DNA of 63,058 nucleotides, the filler included, from Chiloscyllium plagiosum (taxonomy: Eukaryota): assembly GCF_004010195.1 (NCBI RefSeq). It is 6 parts of 6 records of this genome, joined end to end, with 100 filler letters (N's around TTAATTAATTAA, not from the genome) between each part and the next. Parts side by side here need not be neighbours in the genome. Positions count along the whole stretch, not along the records: positions 1 to 28,709 come from NC_057717.1; 5 more parts are not named here. The stretch is one strand, 5' to 3'. This document shows, in pieces, positions 1 through 13,429 of this stretch; positions within the stretch are counted from its first letter, which is position 1, and every line of letters begins with the position of its first letter. Both the position numbers and the translations under genes were made by a program. The notes beneath the pieces are model-generated. The model saw nothing but the letters and a program-made list of their open reading frames with translations, was not told where the DNA came from and did no database searches.

Positions 1-179
1 TATTCACTAGCTAATCATTTACACATGCTACCTCCTTACCAATAATGCCGTGCACCTTTACCTGTTGCACCAGCCTATGTGCATTTCCTTGATCAATGAC
101 ACCTGGAGATTCAGATGCACCACATGCAACGGTTCTCCATTGCCCAGCGCGCCCGTCATGGCATCTAAGAATTCCAGCT

Positions 180-560
180 CTCACAATATGTCGTGTGAAT
201 ACGTGCAAAAAGTACTTCAATCAGGAACGAGAGCAAAAGAATAATGTGGCAGTTATCACAACTGAGACCACTGTACTCAAAACAGATCGTTCTGAACGTG
301 ACAGTACTAAAATTGAATTAGACAACGAGGACGTTCTTGAAAATTGGCCTAAATTATTGATTTATCTTCCAGAAGAAATCGACATGAGGTAAAAGAGTTG
401 TATCTATTCCCTGGAGAAAAATATGGGATTATGCAGGGAACTGATCGCACTTCATGTTGAAATAGCAAATGCTGTTTTCTTGAAGCAACATTCTTTTCGG
501 CCTAATCCACTAAATTAGATACAGCTGCAAAAAAAGTTTGCAAACATGTTCACTGAAAGT
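180..560 (+). mobile_element. Decayed Gypsy (Gmr1-like) fragment, integrase C-terminus to RT start
   Basis: CRVNTCKKY...KIELDNEDVL...LKQHSFRPNP resembles the IN-to-RT linker of the larger element at about 3400-3700. Confidence 0.45.
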
Positions 561-1719
561 TGAAAAGTTGCGAACAGCAACTCCGGTCCACTGCTCCCCC
601 CTATCCTGGGAAACTAGCGTAATTTTTCCTCTGTGTGCTTGACCAGAGAATTGTGCTTACATCAATTTCACCTTTGTGGATTTGTTCACAGATACTGCAA
701 TTCTGTGTTTGGGTTAAATACGCAGGCACAGTTGGAAATATCAATGAAATCTTTGACTTTCCTCCTGAGTTTCGATCGTAGAAGACGCACCCAGTGTAAA
801 ATACGCCTGCACGAATTCACTGTCTCTCCTTGTGTAGAATATGGAATATTTACGGATCGCAGCTTGACACGAAACTTTCATCCTTTCCTAATCAATGCAA
901 CATCTGGCTATGAAATAAAGTTATATGGGCTCTGTACACGCAAATTGAATTGCTTCCATTTGTTAAATCATGCGAGCATGGACGAAGAGTCTGTTCTTTT
1001 GCTGTATACTTCCAGGATCTTGTGAATAAGGCTTCATTCATTGAATTGTCCTTTCAGCAATGGGAGCCATGAAGAGAGACCTCGATCACCCTCTGACTCT
1101 TACTGTCCTGTCCTACCAGGTTTCTCACCATCCCGAACCCCAGAAAGGCAAAGTTCGCTTTCCTGCTCTTCAAACAGAAACCCGTTAAAGCCTGGATCAG
1201 AATGAAAAAATCCCTGGTCCTAACTCTCCTGCCTCCTCCAACTCCCTTCTGGTGCCATTGCATTGGCCTCCACAGTCAGCTTCGGGGAAACTGCACATCA
1301 TCTCTACAGGGTGATGGTGATTCTGGGGTGTTCACCTTACATGTAAGACGTTGCTCAAAACTTCAGCCAAATGGATAACCAACGGTGGAAACAGTGCCGG
1401 ATGACGTTGGTAACACAGATGTATGTGAGTGGGTGACTCATTTAAAGCACACTGTTGTCGTGACCATTCCATCTCGTTGCATCATTTAAAGTGTGTATTG
1501 CTCAGAGATGATGACCCCTCTCAGCCGAGACGTGCAAACATTACAGTTTCTTCAATATCACAGCGTTTTGCGAAGATTTATGGTTCTCAAATCAGGTCTG
1601 CATTTTTCACAACTGCCTGCAGTTTGACCTTTCCCTCGTCTTTCGTAAAGCTTGTCTTTGCGAGGGGCGTGGCTGGATGTCATAGCATCCTGCAAACGTG
1701 AAAATATATTTCTGCTGTA

Positions 1720-4700
1720 ATATATCACAATGACAGTGAACCAAAATAATGCGAGATTGTGTTTGCTTCAAACTCTCATTGAGGGTCACCACCAGGAAAA
1801 AGATGTGGCAAAAGAAGCTAAGCCAGTGGCATTAATGAAGGTAGTAAAGAAAACCGCAATAAAAGCCGAGGAGATGCAGGACAGTACACAGCCTGGGCAG
1901 AGGGCGGGTATGAAGTTCTTAACTGATCGCTGTAAATAACTCAATTCTGTGGGTAAAGTTTACTCAGAACGAATTGGGGAGAAGAACAAGATGTTATACT
2001 TTTGAGAAATACAGGACCAACCAGTGGCTGATAGGAAGGGATGAGCTAATTCACACTCTTTCTGATTTGTTACCCGAGAATATGGCAATTTGTGGGAAAC
2101 ATGGACAGAAATTTTGCATTCCCAATGTAAGATCAGGTTTGACTGCCAACTGAAGACTGGGGAATTTACAGTGGGAGTAATTGACAGAGTGTCAGTTCCA
2201 GCAGTTCAGTTTGTTCTTGGTAATGAGTTACAGAGATTCAAGGTGGGAGTGACTCCCCTTGTTGTGGAGAAGCCCAACGATGACAAAGAAACTGAGAAGT
2301 TACAACGTAAATATACTGGCATTTTCCCAGACTGTGTATTAACCAGATCTCACTATCAGAAGTCACAGCACGAACAAAAACGAAAGAGAGAGAAGAAGGA
2401 ATTGAGTTGCAGATCGCGGACACGCTGTTTGACAGTATGTTGAGGGACGAACCGGTAATGGCAGATGTTCAGATAGAAGCGTTTCGGTCCTGAAAGGTTG
2501 AGAGACTGCAACAACAAAACAAGACAATAAAGATATATATTACATGCATATTCCGAAAAGGAGGCAGAGGATATTAATGAGTATAATTATCTAGAAGATA
2601 AAATCCAAACATTGAAATGGAGACCACGGCAGCTTAGCGTGGAAGAGAAGTAGGCCAAAGTGCACCAGATTGTGCTGCCAGTAGCATTCGGACAGGAGGT
2701 GTCGCGAGTAGCACATGATCCACCTGTAAGAGGTCACCTAGTGCTACACAGGACTCACCTGATGAAGGAGCATCGCTCCGAAAGCTAGTGTGCTTCCAAT
2801 TAAACCTGTTGGAATATAACCTGGTGTTGTGTGAATTGTAACATAGAAAACTTTGGTATACATCACTTTAAATCAAGTATGTATCACCCTGAATCACAGG
2901 GAGCGTTAGAAAGGTGACCGTGAAGACCATGTTGCGAGCATACTGTCAGGGTTACCCTAAAAATTGGGATAAATGTATTCCATTCGCATTGTTTAACATT
3001 CGGGTTTCCCCAAACGAGTCTACTCAGTTTACAACATTCGAGTTGATATTCGTTGATGGAAAGAGAAGGCATTTGAAATTAATTAAAGAGAAATTCACAG
3101 GGCCAAAGTCAGAGATCTCACACTCATATTATGTATCGCGGTGAGGGAGAGATTAATTCGAGTCAGTGACTTATTTGAACAGCACCGAAAGAGAACAAAT
3201 CTAACAATGAAGCAGGTGGCAGATGAAAGCTCTGAGACTCGGACGTTTTCCCGCAGGGCCTCGGGGATGATTTATGAGTGTTGTAAACAGTGATAGGAAA
3301 GCCCTTCGAAGCAATGTTTAGTAGCCCCTATCAAATTCAGAACAGGATGACTCGTGTGAACGATTTAGTAAACATGCCAGATTGAAAGAAGACCTGTATT
3401 GTGTATGTCACGAGAACACGTTGAATCGGGATTATACAACAGAGAAAAAACTGGAGAAGCAGACGTTGTTTGCTGCCCTATAGAATGAGGAATCAAACCC
3501 TGATATTAAAATTTTGATGTGCGTCAAATTAAGTTAAAAATGAGTAAGTCCTTGATGAACAACGAACACAATTGAAAGGCTTGTTACTGCAGTATGAGGA
3601 CATTTGTTGCAATCAAATGGGGAGGACTAATGCTATTGCACAGAGAATGTAGTTCCAATACAGGAACACGTTTATCGGGTTAATCCCTTGAAAGTCAGAC
3701 AGGTCTTGAATGCGGTAGATGCCATGCCTAACGAGGATATTATTGTACCAAGCCAGAGTGAGTGGGGTTCACCGAAATCTTAGTTCCCAAACCGGACGAG
3801 TCTCAACGATTTTGCGTGGATTATCGGACAGTCAATGCTTTAAGAGAATTGGACGCATATCCAATAATAAGATTGGAGATCTGTACAGAGAAAGTTGTAA
3901 CAAGCTCGTAACATCACCAAATTAGACTTCCTGCTTGGTTATTGGCAGGTACTTTTCTCCGTGACGGCGAAATAAATTTCTGTGTTTGTAAAACCCAAAT
4001 GAGCTATATCAAATCAAAATGATTCCTTTTGGAATGAAGAACGCACCTGCCACGTTCTAAAGACTCATGAACAGCGCTGTGGCTGGGTTAACACAGTGTG
4101 CAATGTATTTGGCCGATGTAATGATCTTAAAGTCCATGAAAATTCATGGTACAATTTGCATAACTCTTTGAATAATTAAGAGTAGCAAAGCTGAGAATAA
4201 ACTTAAGGGGAGGTGACGTTCTTGCGACATAACATTGGTCATGGAAGGTTGACCCCATGGCCAATGCTATCAAGGAATTCATTTGACCAATCTCGAGGAA
4301 TGAGTTGCTTTGATTTTTGCGACTAAGCAGACTCCATCAGTAGTTTGTCCAAACGTCAGCAGTGTATATGTAGCATTAACAGATTTCATGAAGATGACCA
4401 GAAACTTTCGGTGGACATAAGAATGCCAGGTGGCATTTGTATATTTAAAAGCAATACTAACTATCGCACCAGTTATAGCTACACCAAACTTTTCAAACCC
4501 CTCAACGTTGCGATCGATGCTCTTGACATAGGAGTTGGATCTGTATTACTACAGGAAGATGGTCACGAAATTGAACTGCCAGTTGTTTACTTTTCAAAGA
4601 AACGCAACATCCACCAGAGAAAATATTCTACGGTGTAAAAGGAACTATTGAGATTGGTACTGACCTTACAACATCTTAATGTGCATGTTACGAACAATAT

Positions 4701-5067
4701 GTCAGATACGTTTCTGTTCATGGATAACAATACACTAATATTCTTGGTACACTTTAAAGAACACTTTCAATGTTTTGTTGGTGTCTTATGTTACAGACAT
4801 TTAATTTACAAATTCTAAGTGTTACAATGCATAAGAATGTAATTGCAGACGTCCTTTCCCAGATTAACTGACAGACGTTGGATGAGATTGGTTTCTATCC
4901 AATGTCTTTTTATAGATTTATGTATATGTGCATGTGTATGTGTATATAAATCAAGATGAACTTAGATTAATGTTATAAGTATGTCGTGAGCATAAGGTTA
5001 AGAAATACAAAAGTGAAAGGGCCCATCCGTTCATCATGATCGTTCAGTTTAATCTTAAGTAGGGAGT
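1720..5067 (+). mobile_element. Degenerate Ty3/Gypsy LTR retrotransposon internal region with integrase upstream of RT-RNaseH (Gmr1-like order)
   Basis: IN zinc-finger part HQIVLPVAFGQEVSRVAHDPPVRGHL (~2660-2740). IN core HPESQGALER..TVKTMLRAYCQ..WDKCIPFALF..SPNESTQFTTFELIF (2884-3050). RT motifs [46 protein letters not shown] (3780-4120). RNaseH AIDALDIGVGSVLLQ..PVVYFSKK..YSTV*KELL and NVIADVLSR (4500-4865). Many stops and frameshifts. Confidence 0.9.
2757..2842 (+). repeat. Short dispersed repeat (terminal repeat of a Penelope-like family) inserted in the integrase
   Basis: CCTGATGAAGGAGCATCGCTCCGAAAGCTAGTG...CTGGTGTTGTGTG. Related copies at ~7960-8010, 8150-8215, 22660-22800, 32790-33060 and 43650-43720. 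The 32790-33060 copy lies at the end of the GIY-YIG-bearing fragment at 32785-34295. Confidence 0.7.
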
Positions 5068-6069
5068 TGTTATTAACTTCTAGACATGTGCTCTACTTTT
5101 AATGGAGCTGAAACACCTGGCTGGCAAAGAGTGTGCTAGTGGATTTTAAAAAGTAACATTTGGTTGTGAAACAAGTACAGAGAACAGCATTGTCATAGTA
5201 TAAAACAAATTCAAATGTGGACAAACTGTTTAAATTACGCCACAGATACCAAACTCCAATAGAACTTGAATTTTAATGTCTTGGATGACATCAAACCAGC
5301 GAGCCGGTCCGATGTTTTGGGGTTTATTGCCAGGAATTGAACAGATTGGTCTCGGATTAATGTTTTTGGTCGGCTGAGAACGATACAGTCTGGACAGATT
5401 TGGACAGATTTGAGTATATTTAGTGTACGAGAAAAGCCAGATAGTTTTAAAGCCTTGCACGTTAGTGCCCGAGATACGTAAATGAAAACAAGTTGAGAGT
5501 ATTTGTTTACTTTCAGCGAATTGTGGTTTGTTAAATTAAAAGTGAGAGAAATAGCTCTTAAAATTTCGAAAGAGTTTTTGTGGTTTGAAGATGATTCTCA
5601 AATTTGCCACGTAAAGTTTTGAAGGAGATTAATAGGTCGTACTTTTAGAAGAACAAACAGCAGCCAATCAGCAATAGACTGCAGCAGAATGCTACCTTGG
5701 AACGGTGCATGGGCATCAGAAAGTTTTGCAGCAGAAGAACAAAGACACCTACAAGAACCGACAGAGGAACTTCGAACACGCGAAGCAGACAACTGTTTTT
5801 GAAAATTGATTTGCCATAAATTTAAGAGCGAATTTATCATACCAGTGCTGTAGAATGTGAGGTAACATAGTTTTAATAGAATTGAGTTGTAACAATTCGT
5901 TGCCTAATGTTCTCGTTTTTAGAATAAAATGTAGTTATTGTTTTCGTCTTTAAATTGTGATATGTGGGATAGCACTTTGCCACTAGAAATTTAACACATT
6001 ATGGCATGCGGCGAACGTTCATGTGTGTCTGTTTTAAATTAGCAGAAGGGTTTACCCCGTGTCGTAACA
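5068..6069 (+). mobile_element. 3' LTR of the Gmr1-like element (~1 kb)
   Basis: Purine tract AAGTAGGGAG directly before TGTTA at 5068. Ends ...GTCGTAACA at 6069, giving TGTTA/TAACA terminal inverted repeats. Internal AATAAA near 5922. Confidence 0.7.
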
Positions 6070-8732
6070 CTTGAAATGCTAAGTATGGCAAAATAAAATA
6101 CTGGAGAAACTTAGCAAAAGTTAGGCAGAGAAAAACGAAGTAAATTTTGGAGATGAATACTGTTCACCTTAATTACTGAAAGAAACTGAAACAGTATAGT
6201 TTTTAAAGATGTGTATGAATGTGTATGCGTGGCGAAGAAGTTCAAAGCGAGACAATTATAAAGGAGAACGTATGGCAGTTGAGCCCAAAGCACAAGACAA
6301 AGTGGATAAAAAAGGTCAGGAAGGAGATTTAGAAATTTATAATAGATCTAAATGTGAGATGTGAAAATGAGAAATTCTGTCAGCTCTAATTGTCGCAAGA
6401 CAAAGCAGACACAACTCGTTATGGCTGTGTGGGATTGTCATCAACAGAAGTTATGCTGTGAAGTTACTCACCTGAAAGCCGAGTCCAAGATGCCATCAGA
6501 TGCCTCAAAAGAAAACGAAGTATTTGACCCTCTGCATGCGTGGAGCTTTTTCAACATGATAGTGTCAGAGTTAAAGAAGAAAGAACTGTACAGCAAAGGA
6601 ACAAGAATTCCCATAACTGAATCGCCACATAATACCATTCTCGACTAAGCGACTTTGCATCGATATGCTCCGTATCCCTCCATTCACTGCCTGTTTACAA
6701 ATCTGGCAAGATACCTCTTAAACCTAGCCATTGTTTCCGCCTTCAACACTGCTCTGCATGTACATTCCAGACCATAAGCACTCTCTCTCATCGCCATTCT
6801 TCTGAAACGCTCTCACCTTTAACCTTGTGTTCCAAGTAATTGCTATTTCAAACTTGGGATTAAAAAATACCTGTAACTATCCATTAATCCAATCCTCGAA
6901 TAATTTTCTGTGCTTATGCTTTTATCGAATTGCCAATCATCCTGCAAATTTAACTGATTGCAATTACGGTTTATTTTTCAAATTTATACTCAGAGCTAAT
7001 ACATCGCCAACCGGGCAACATCCTGAAGAGCAAGCTATGCAGCCCCTCAAAATCTTTCACATCCCTCGGGTCGTGTGACGACGAGAACTGTATACGACAT
7101 ACTAAATGTGGCCGAACTAAATTTCTATAAATCTGTAACTTGCCAACTTTTTATCGCCTATGCCCCACGAATGAAGATAGGCATGACACCTACATTCGAC
7201 CTTACTTATTTCTGGTGCCACTTCCAAGAAAGTGCAGACCTCAAAGCTACATCCTTTTGCTGGTTGTTGCAACGTTTGATGCAGTTTGCGGGTTTTTATC
7301 TCCTGCGTTCGAGATCTCACTTAGGTCACCTCCAACTCTCGTTTTTCCACGCTGGTCTCAAACCCATTGACGCCCTGCCGTGTCCTTGGCAATGTTCGTG
7401 ACAGTCCTTAGCACCCACAATCTTGATAAATTCTGTGTCTAATGACCGTCTCCGAAAATGACCTGAAGAAGGAGCTGTGTTCTCAAAGATCGTGCTTCCC
7501 ACATTAGCTGTGTATATAAATTCGAAAAGTAATCCTTGATTGCGTTCAGTGAATAGCAAACTTACATTGTTGTCCACGTAATTTACAGGTATTCCAGCAA
7601 TGATCTTTAAGGAACATACTTGCTAAGAGTTTCAGCCTGAAAATTATCTTTCCGTTTTACTTTCAGTCTTCAATGTCTAAGTCTTCTCTGAATCCACGTT
7701 AGTATCTCACAGTAGATCTCAAGTGACTTCACATTTTGTAGCAGGCTGACTTGAGGAGCTTTGTAAACAGTCTTCCAAAAGTCCATAGATGTTACATATC
7801 TTGTTCAGTGCTCATTAATCATTTTTGACATTTTTTCAAGATAAAATAATTTCTTTTTGTGAGATACGACCTTCTCCACACAAAGACTATCTTTCTATGC
7901 CAAATAATGATGTGGACGTTCCAGTGCTGAACTGGAGTGGGAAAAGTAAAATGTCATACAATCATAATGCCATATAATACAACAGGTGTATTTGGAAGCA
8001 CTAGTTCTCAGAGCCCTGATTCTAAATGTGGTCGTTTTCGGAGAGAATTATTAGACGCACAATTTATCGCAATAGATTACAGCATCATGGTACAGAGGTC
8101 ATTTATTGAACAAACCTAGATTGGTGTTAAGTCTTTTATGTAAAATAGTGAAAGCTCTCCGAAAGCCACTGCTTTCAAATAAACGTGTTGAAGTATAACC
8201 TGGTGTTGTGTGACTATTGCGATTGAGCTCATTTTCCGATTCTAAATGCGAGTTGCCCTTGTTACGAAGAAACGTCTGCCACAACTTCCTTACTATTGTC
8301 AGAGAATTGCTGGCCTGTAATTTCACGAATTATTCCTGCTTAAACTGTTACTAAAGTAAAGAAATATTGTTAATCTCCAGGTCTCTGGCACGTCTTCTGT
8401 GAGAAAACATGATCCACATACTTTGGGCAAGACGCCAACAATTTCCTCCCTTGCATACTTTTCAAGTCTGTGATGTTTGTAATCAGGTCATGGGGACTTG
8501 TCTACCGTAAACACAATACAATGGGGTGAAGCCGGTGCACCCTGCATCCAGCAAGCTTGTCTCTTCAGGTCGCTAAACTGTCTAATAAGTATCATACAAG
8601 CGAGGAATTACTGTAACTGGAACTCAGAGTGGTCCATTCAGTCTCCCATGTGTGCACAAACTCTCCAACTGATCAATACCTACTACTACTCTCTTGGTTT
8701 CCTCCCATATAACTGCACATTTCTTTTTTCTA

Positions 8733-8804
8733 AATGTTAATCGAACTTTGTCTTGACTGTATCGATATAATGTTAATCGAACTTTGTCTTGACTGTATCG
8801 ATAT
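8733..8804. repeat. Perfect 36-bp tandem duplication
   Basis: AATGTTAATCGAACTTTGTCTTGACTGTATCGATAT twice in tandem. Confidence 0.95.
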
Positions 8805-10206
8805 CAGCTCCTTCCATGATATTATTAGATCACGGATGAAAGGCATTGAGTACTCGCTGTGGAAAATATTTCATGTGATAAAGATGTGTCAAACATGAAA
8901 TTTCTTAACAACTGAATAGCAAAACTTATGTCAATGGATTTCTTCCTGGGAGAAAGTAGATTCGTGCAAATTGACCTGAAGAACAGAAGCTGGAAACGAT
9001 AGCATACGATGATCTCAATGAGAGACTGGAGCAAAAAATCTAGTGAAAAATCTAAAATGATTGTGCCTGCAAAATAACTATTTTCAAAGAAACAACGTAT
9101 TTCCCGACATATTGGACTTCACATGTTTCCAAAATATTCGACAGATATAAAAGTTAGTAGACGTGATTATGATGTTTACTATTTCTCGTTTTCTACATAT
9201 TTCCAACTCTCCAGAGCCCGTGTAGATCTTCACACTTATGTAGGATGGACTGATTATCGATAGTCCCTCTGCACCTTCTATAATGACTTCCATGATCAAG
9301 CTGAATAAGTCCTAACCTCACTCATTAAAACAATTCACGGGACTGGGTTATAGAGCCGTCCAGACACACATTAAACGTGCCAAGAATGTATCCCAGACCC
9401 TAACCTTTCTAATTGTTTTAAACATATGTACAGTGGATATTCCAGGCGTGATGCAGCTGGTGCAACCACTGAGTTTTAAGAAAAACAATATGTATTTCGA
9501 GACTACTATTTGAAAAACAAGCGAAAAAAGTACTGTATTTAGAATAACTGAGCCTATTTGGAAGCCAAATCGAATCAATTGGAACTTAATGATAATGTTC
9601 AAAGCAGTTGCAAAATTCCCATAAATATACCATTGGTCAAGAAAAAGGTAAAACCAAATATAGATTCTTACAGGAGAGACGTCACAGGGAGAGAGAGAAT
9701 GGACAGATTAGTACTGCTTCTTTCTGTAGCCAGCAGTTTCTCTGGGTTTGCCTCTGAAACTTGGTCAAACAGAACAGCTGGATAAACCCAAAACAAACTG
9801 AACTTTGAACTGCGGAAACAGGCCACTCCCCTTCCATTGAACAAGTGCTTTAGAAAAACAACTCAACAAATGTTCCAGTCATATCTGAACCTCTACCTTT
9901 ATGATCCCTGTGAATATAACCAAGGGCAGCACAGCCGTGCGAAAGACACAGCATTGTCACTAGAGAAAGGTTTTGGATTGAAAAGGGTTCACTGAAATTG
10001 TTCGTACACTGACAGAGTTAATGTCAAATTCCAAGGATCCTAATTCTCTCATTTGAGGGATTTCATCTTCTCTTAATAAGAGACATCTTTCGCTATCTTA
10101 AAGTAACAGCGGGGGCATCACGTGTGACATGATAAGGAATCATCAGCTGCTCAGAAAGGGAGAGAAAGACCAGTATCGGACAGCAACAGATTGGAAATTT
10201 AAAGCA

Positions 10207-10339
10207 ATGGATCAAGGTTTGTCTTTGGGTCTTTACCAGCTTTCGCAAGGTTGGCCATCATTAACAATGCGGATATAGTTTGTACTTCGGGTGATTCAAG
10301 CTGGTTACTACCATATCCTCGCTATTGTTGGTCTTCCTG
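10207..10339 (+). pseudogene. Exon 1 of a GPR139/GPR142-like rhodopsin-class GPCR, with premature stop
   Basis: MDQGLSLGLYQLSQGWPSLTMRI*FVLRVIQAGYYHILAIVGLP followed by phase-1 donor G|GTAAGT at 10340. The IQxxYYxILAIVGxP|intron pattern is typical of this family in sharks. TAG at 10276-10278. No matching + strand exon 2 was found in this scaffold. Confidence 0.75.
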
Positions 10340-11329
10340 GTAAGTTACTCCATCTTATTGTTAAGTCAATAAGACGTTTAACTATATTAATGTCCTCGTT
10401 ATTAAAACTCGGAAAACATCGAAACAGTTGCCATCATTTCATCCTGCAAACCCCATTCTTTATTAAGCACGTGCAACTCCTTTATCTGAATAGGAATCGA
10501 ACCACAAAAAGCGATAGGTGATATTGCTCTCAACTGAACGCATTTACGTCGCCAAATCGTTCCCTGCCACGATCCCGTTCACTGCATGCTCTACATTATC
10601 CCAAGTTTGAAATTCGACTTCACTCCAGGTGCTGAATAAATCTTCTTTTCTCTCTTTGATGAGTCCAGACAGAACAGACAAAAATTTTGGCCTAGTTGTG
10701 TTGTCCACCAGCTATTAGAAAAGCCAACGAAAACGATACAGGAATCCATGTCTACTGGCGTTACCATCATATCAGAAAAAAAATCCACATCCATGTACAT
10801 CCAATTCTCTGCCGGAAGTGTCTCCTTTTTTACGAGGTGTGCGACGTCTGCCGCGGAACCTTTTGCTTAGCTTTGCAAGCAACCATTTTCAGACATTAGA
10901 AATTCTGGTCTAAAGAAGTTGGTGCGAGCTACACTGCCAACCACTTATTTGGAGAAATAAACTGTCCATTTTGCAGGGTGAGAGGAGAAATTGACGATGT
11001 TTATTCAGGACAGAAGATGCACAGAAGAGAGCCAAGATAGAGCAAGGGATGTTTCTAAGAATTATCCAGATTGCATCCCATGCATTGCCGCAGTTGATAT
11101 CCTTCTCTCATTGGAAATTTCGGGGGCATGCTGTGAATCGTCCCCTGCATTGCAATAGATCTATTATGTAGATTCAATGCGGATTTGGAAACTAACTAAC
11201 AAATTGAGCAAACAATAAAACTGGTACAAACTTTCTGGTACAACGGAGGAGGAGGAGGAAATTTGATTGCTGCCGTACTCCATTTTTTCCAAGAAAAAAA
11301 GTTTCGAATATATCCGTAATCCAAGAGTT

Positions 11330-12960
11330 CTGTGAAATCCATATACACCACATCAACCGATTTACTGTCATCTACCTGCATGGTGACTTTGTCAAAAACC
11401 TCATGAAGATTCGTTAGGCACGATCTACCCTTCACAAAACCGTGCTGACGGTCCCTGATCAGATTATTCTTTTCTAGATGGTTATAAATCCTTATTCTTA
11501 TAACCTTTTCCAACACTTTACCAACAACTGAAGTGAGACTCACTGGTCTGTAATTACCAGGGTTGTCTCTACTACCCTTTTTGAACAACGGAATCACATT
11601 TTCTATCCTCCAGTCCTCAGGCAATATTCCTGTCGAAAATCATGATTAGAAGATCAATGCCAAAGGCTTGGCAATCGCTTCCCTTGCTTCCCAGAGAATC
11701 CTAAGATAGATACCATGCGGTCCGGGCGACTTGTCTATTTTCACACTCTGCAGTATTTCTAATACCTCTTCCTTGTGAACGTCAATCTCTTCTCATCTAG
11801 ATGCAAATATTTCTGTATCTTCCTCGCCAACATTTTCATTTTCTATAGTGAACACTGTCGAAAAATATGTATTTAGTGCTTTCCCTATCTCCTCTGATTC
11901 CACACACAACTTCCCACTATTATCCTTGATTGGCCCTAATTTAACTCTCGTCATCCCTGACATACCTATGGAAAGTCTTAGGGTGAACCCTGATCATATC
12001 CGCCAACAACTTCTCATGTCTCTTCCTAGCTCTTCTGAGCTCTCTTTTTAGGTAATTCTTGACTTCCTTGTAACCCTCAAGCGCCCTAACTGACTTTTCA
12101 CAATTTGACCTAACATAAGCCTTCTTCTTCTTGACCAAGGATTCCACTTCCTTAGTAAACCACGGCTCACGCGTCCTATATCTTCCTCCCTGCCTGACAG
12201 ATGCATACTTATCTAGGATACACAAGAGCTTTTCCTTGAATAAGCTCCACATTTTTAATTTACTCATCCCGTGCAGTTTCATTCCCCATTCTACGCTTCC
12301 TAAATCTTTCCTAATTGAATCGAAATTTCCCTTCCCCCAGCCATAACTCTTGCTCGGTGGATTACACCTATTCCTTTCCATCACTAAAGTAAACCTAACA
12401 AAATTGTGATCGATGTCTCCAAAGTGCTCACCTACTTCCAAATCTAACACCTGGCCAGGATCATTACCCAGTACTAAATCTAAAGCGGTTTCTCCCCTTC
12501 TACGCCTGTCTGCACACTGTGTCAGGAAGCCCTCCTGCACACACTGGACAAAAACTGACCCATTTATAGTACTCGTACTGTAGTGATCCCAGTCAATATT
12601 TGTGAAGTTGAAGTCCCCCATGATAATTACCCTGCCTCTCTCACTCCTATCGAGAATCATCTTTGCTATCCTTTCCTATCTCTGAGACTATTCAGAGGCC
12701 AATAGTAAGCTCCCAGCATGGTGACATCTCCTTTCCTGTTTCTAACCTCATCCCATACTAAATCATTTAACGAGTCTCCAAACATCCTTTGTTCAACTGT
12801 AATATTGTACCTGATTAATAATGCCACACCTCCCCCTCTATTACCATCTTCTTTGTTCTTACTGAAACATCAGAATCCCGGAACCTGCAACAGCCATTCC
12901 TGTCCCTGCTCTATCCATGTCTCCGTATTGGCCACACTATCGAAGTCCCAGGTAACAATC
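11330..12960 (-). mobile_element. CR1-type LINE ORF2 fragment (APE endonuclease to RT N-terminus)
   Basis: RVIIMGDFNFTNIDW, CVQEGFLTQ, LDLVLGN, REPWF, PEDWRIENVIPLFKKGSRDNPGNYRPVSLTSVVGK, QHGFVKGRSCLTNL. Confidence 0.95.
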
Positions 12961-13022
12961 CACTACTTGATTTGGGAACTCCCTACTCTCATCCTTTTCT
13001 GTACCTGTCCTACAATTTTGGT

Positions 13023-13371
13023 GCTGAGGAGGGGGAATGAGGAAACTCGTATTTCACCAGTTTCCTCATTCCCCCTCACCCTACCTTGTCTCAGTCAAAT
13101 CCATCGAATTCAGCACCGCCTTCCTAACCTGCAATCTTCTTCCTGACCTCTCCGCCCCCACCCCAGTCTGACCTATCACCCTCACCTTGACCTCTTTCCA
13201 CCTATCACATTTCCGGCGCCCCTCCCCCAAGTCCCTCCTCCCTACCTTTTATCTTAGCCTGCTGGACAAACTTTCCTCATTCCTGAAGAAGGGCTTATGC
13301 CCGAAACGTCGATTCTCCTGTTCCCTGGATGCTGCCTGACCTGCTGCGCTTTTCCAGCAACACATTTTCAG
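13023..13371 (+). mobile_element. Penelope-like terminal fragment inserted with 13-bp target-site duplication
   Basis: Ends in CCTGAAGAAGGGCTTATGCCCGAAACGTCGATTCTCCTG...CCAGCAACACATTTTCAG. CTACAATTTTGGT occurs at both 13010-13022 and 13372-13384. The C-rich part resembles the sequence following the GIY-YIG ORF at 29940-30100. Confidence 0.75.
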
Positions 13372-13429
13372 CTACAATTTTGGTTCCCATTCCCCTGCTG
13401 TATTAGTGTAAATCCACCTTAATAGATTT

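Noticed and set aside
9345-9960. Possible solo LTR on the minus strand (a similar candidate at ~42690-43500)
   Set aside because: Termini and target-site duplications could not be defined convincingly by eye.
10560-11330. Unexplained stretch with a CPFC motif, possibly old LINE or gene remnant
   Set aside because: No family-diagnostic motif could be recognised.
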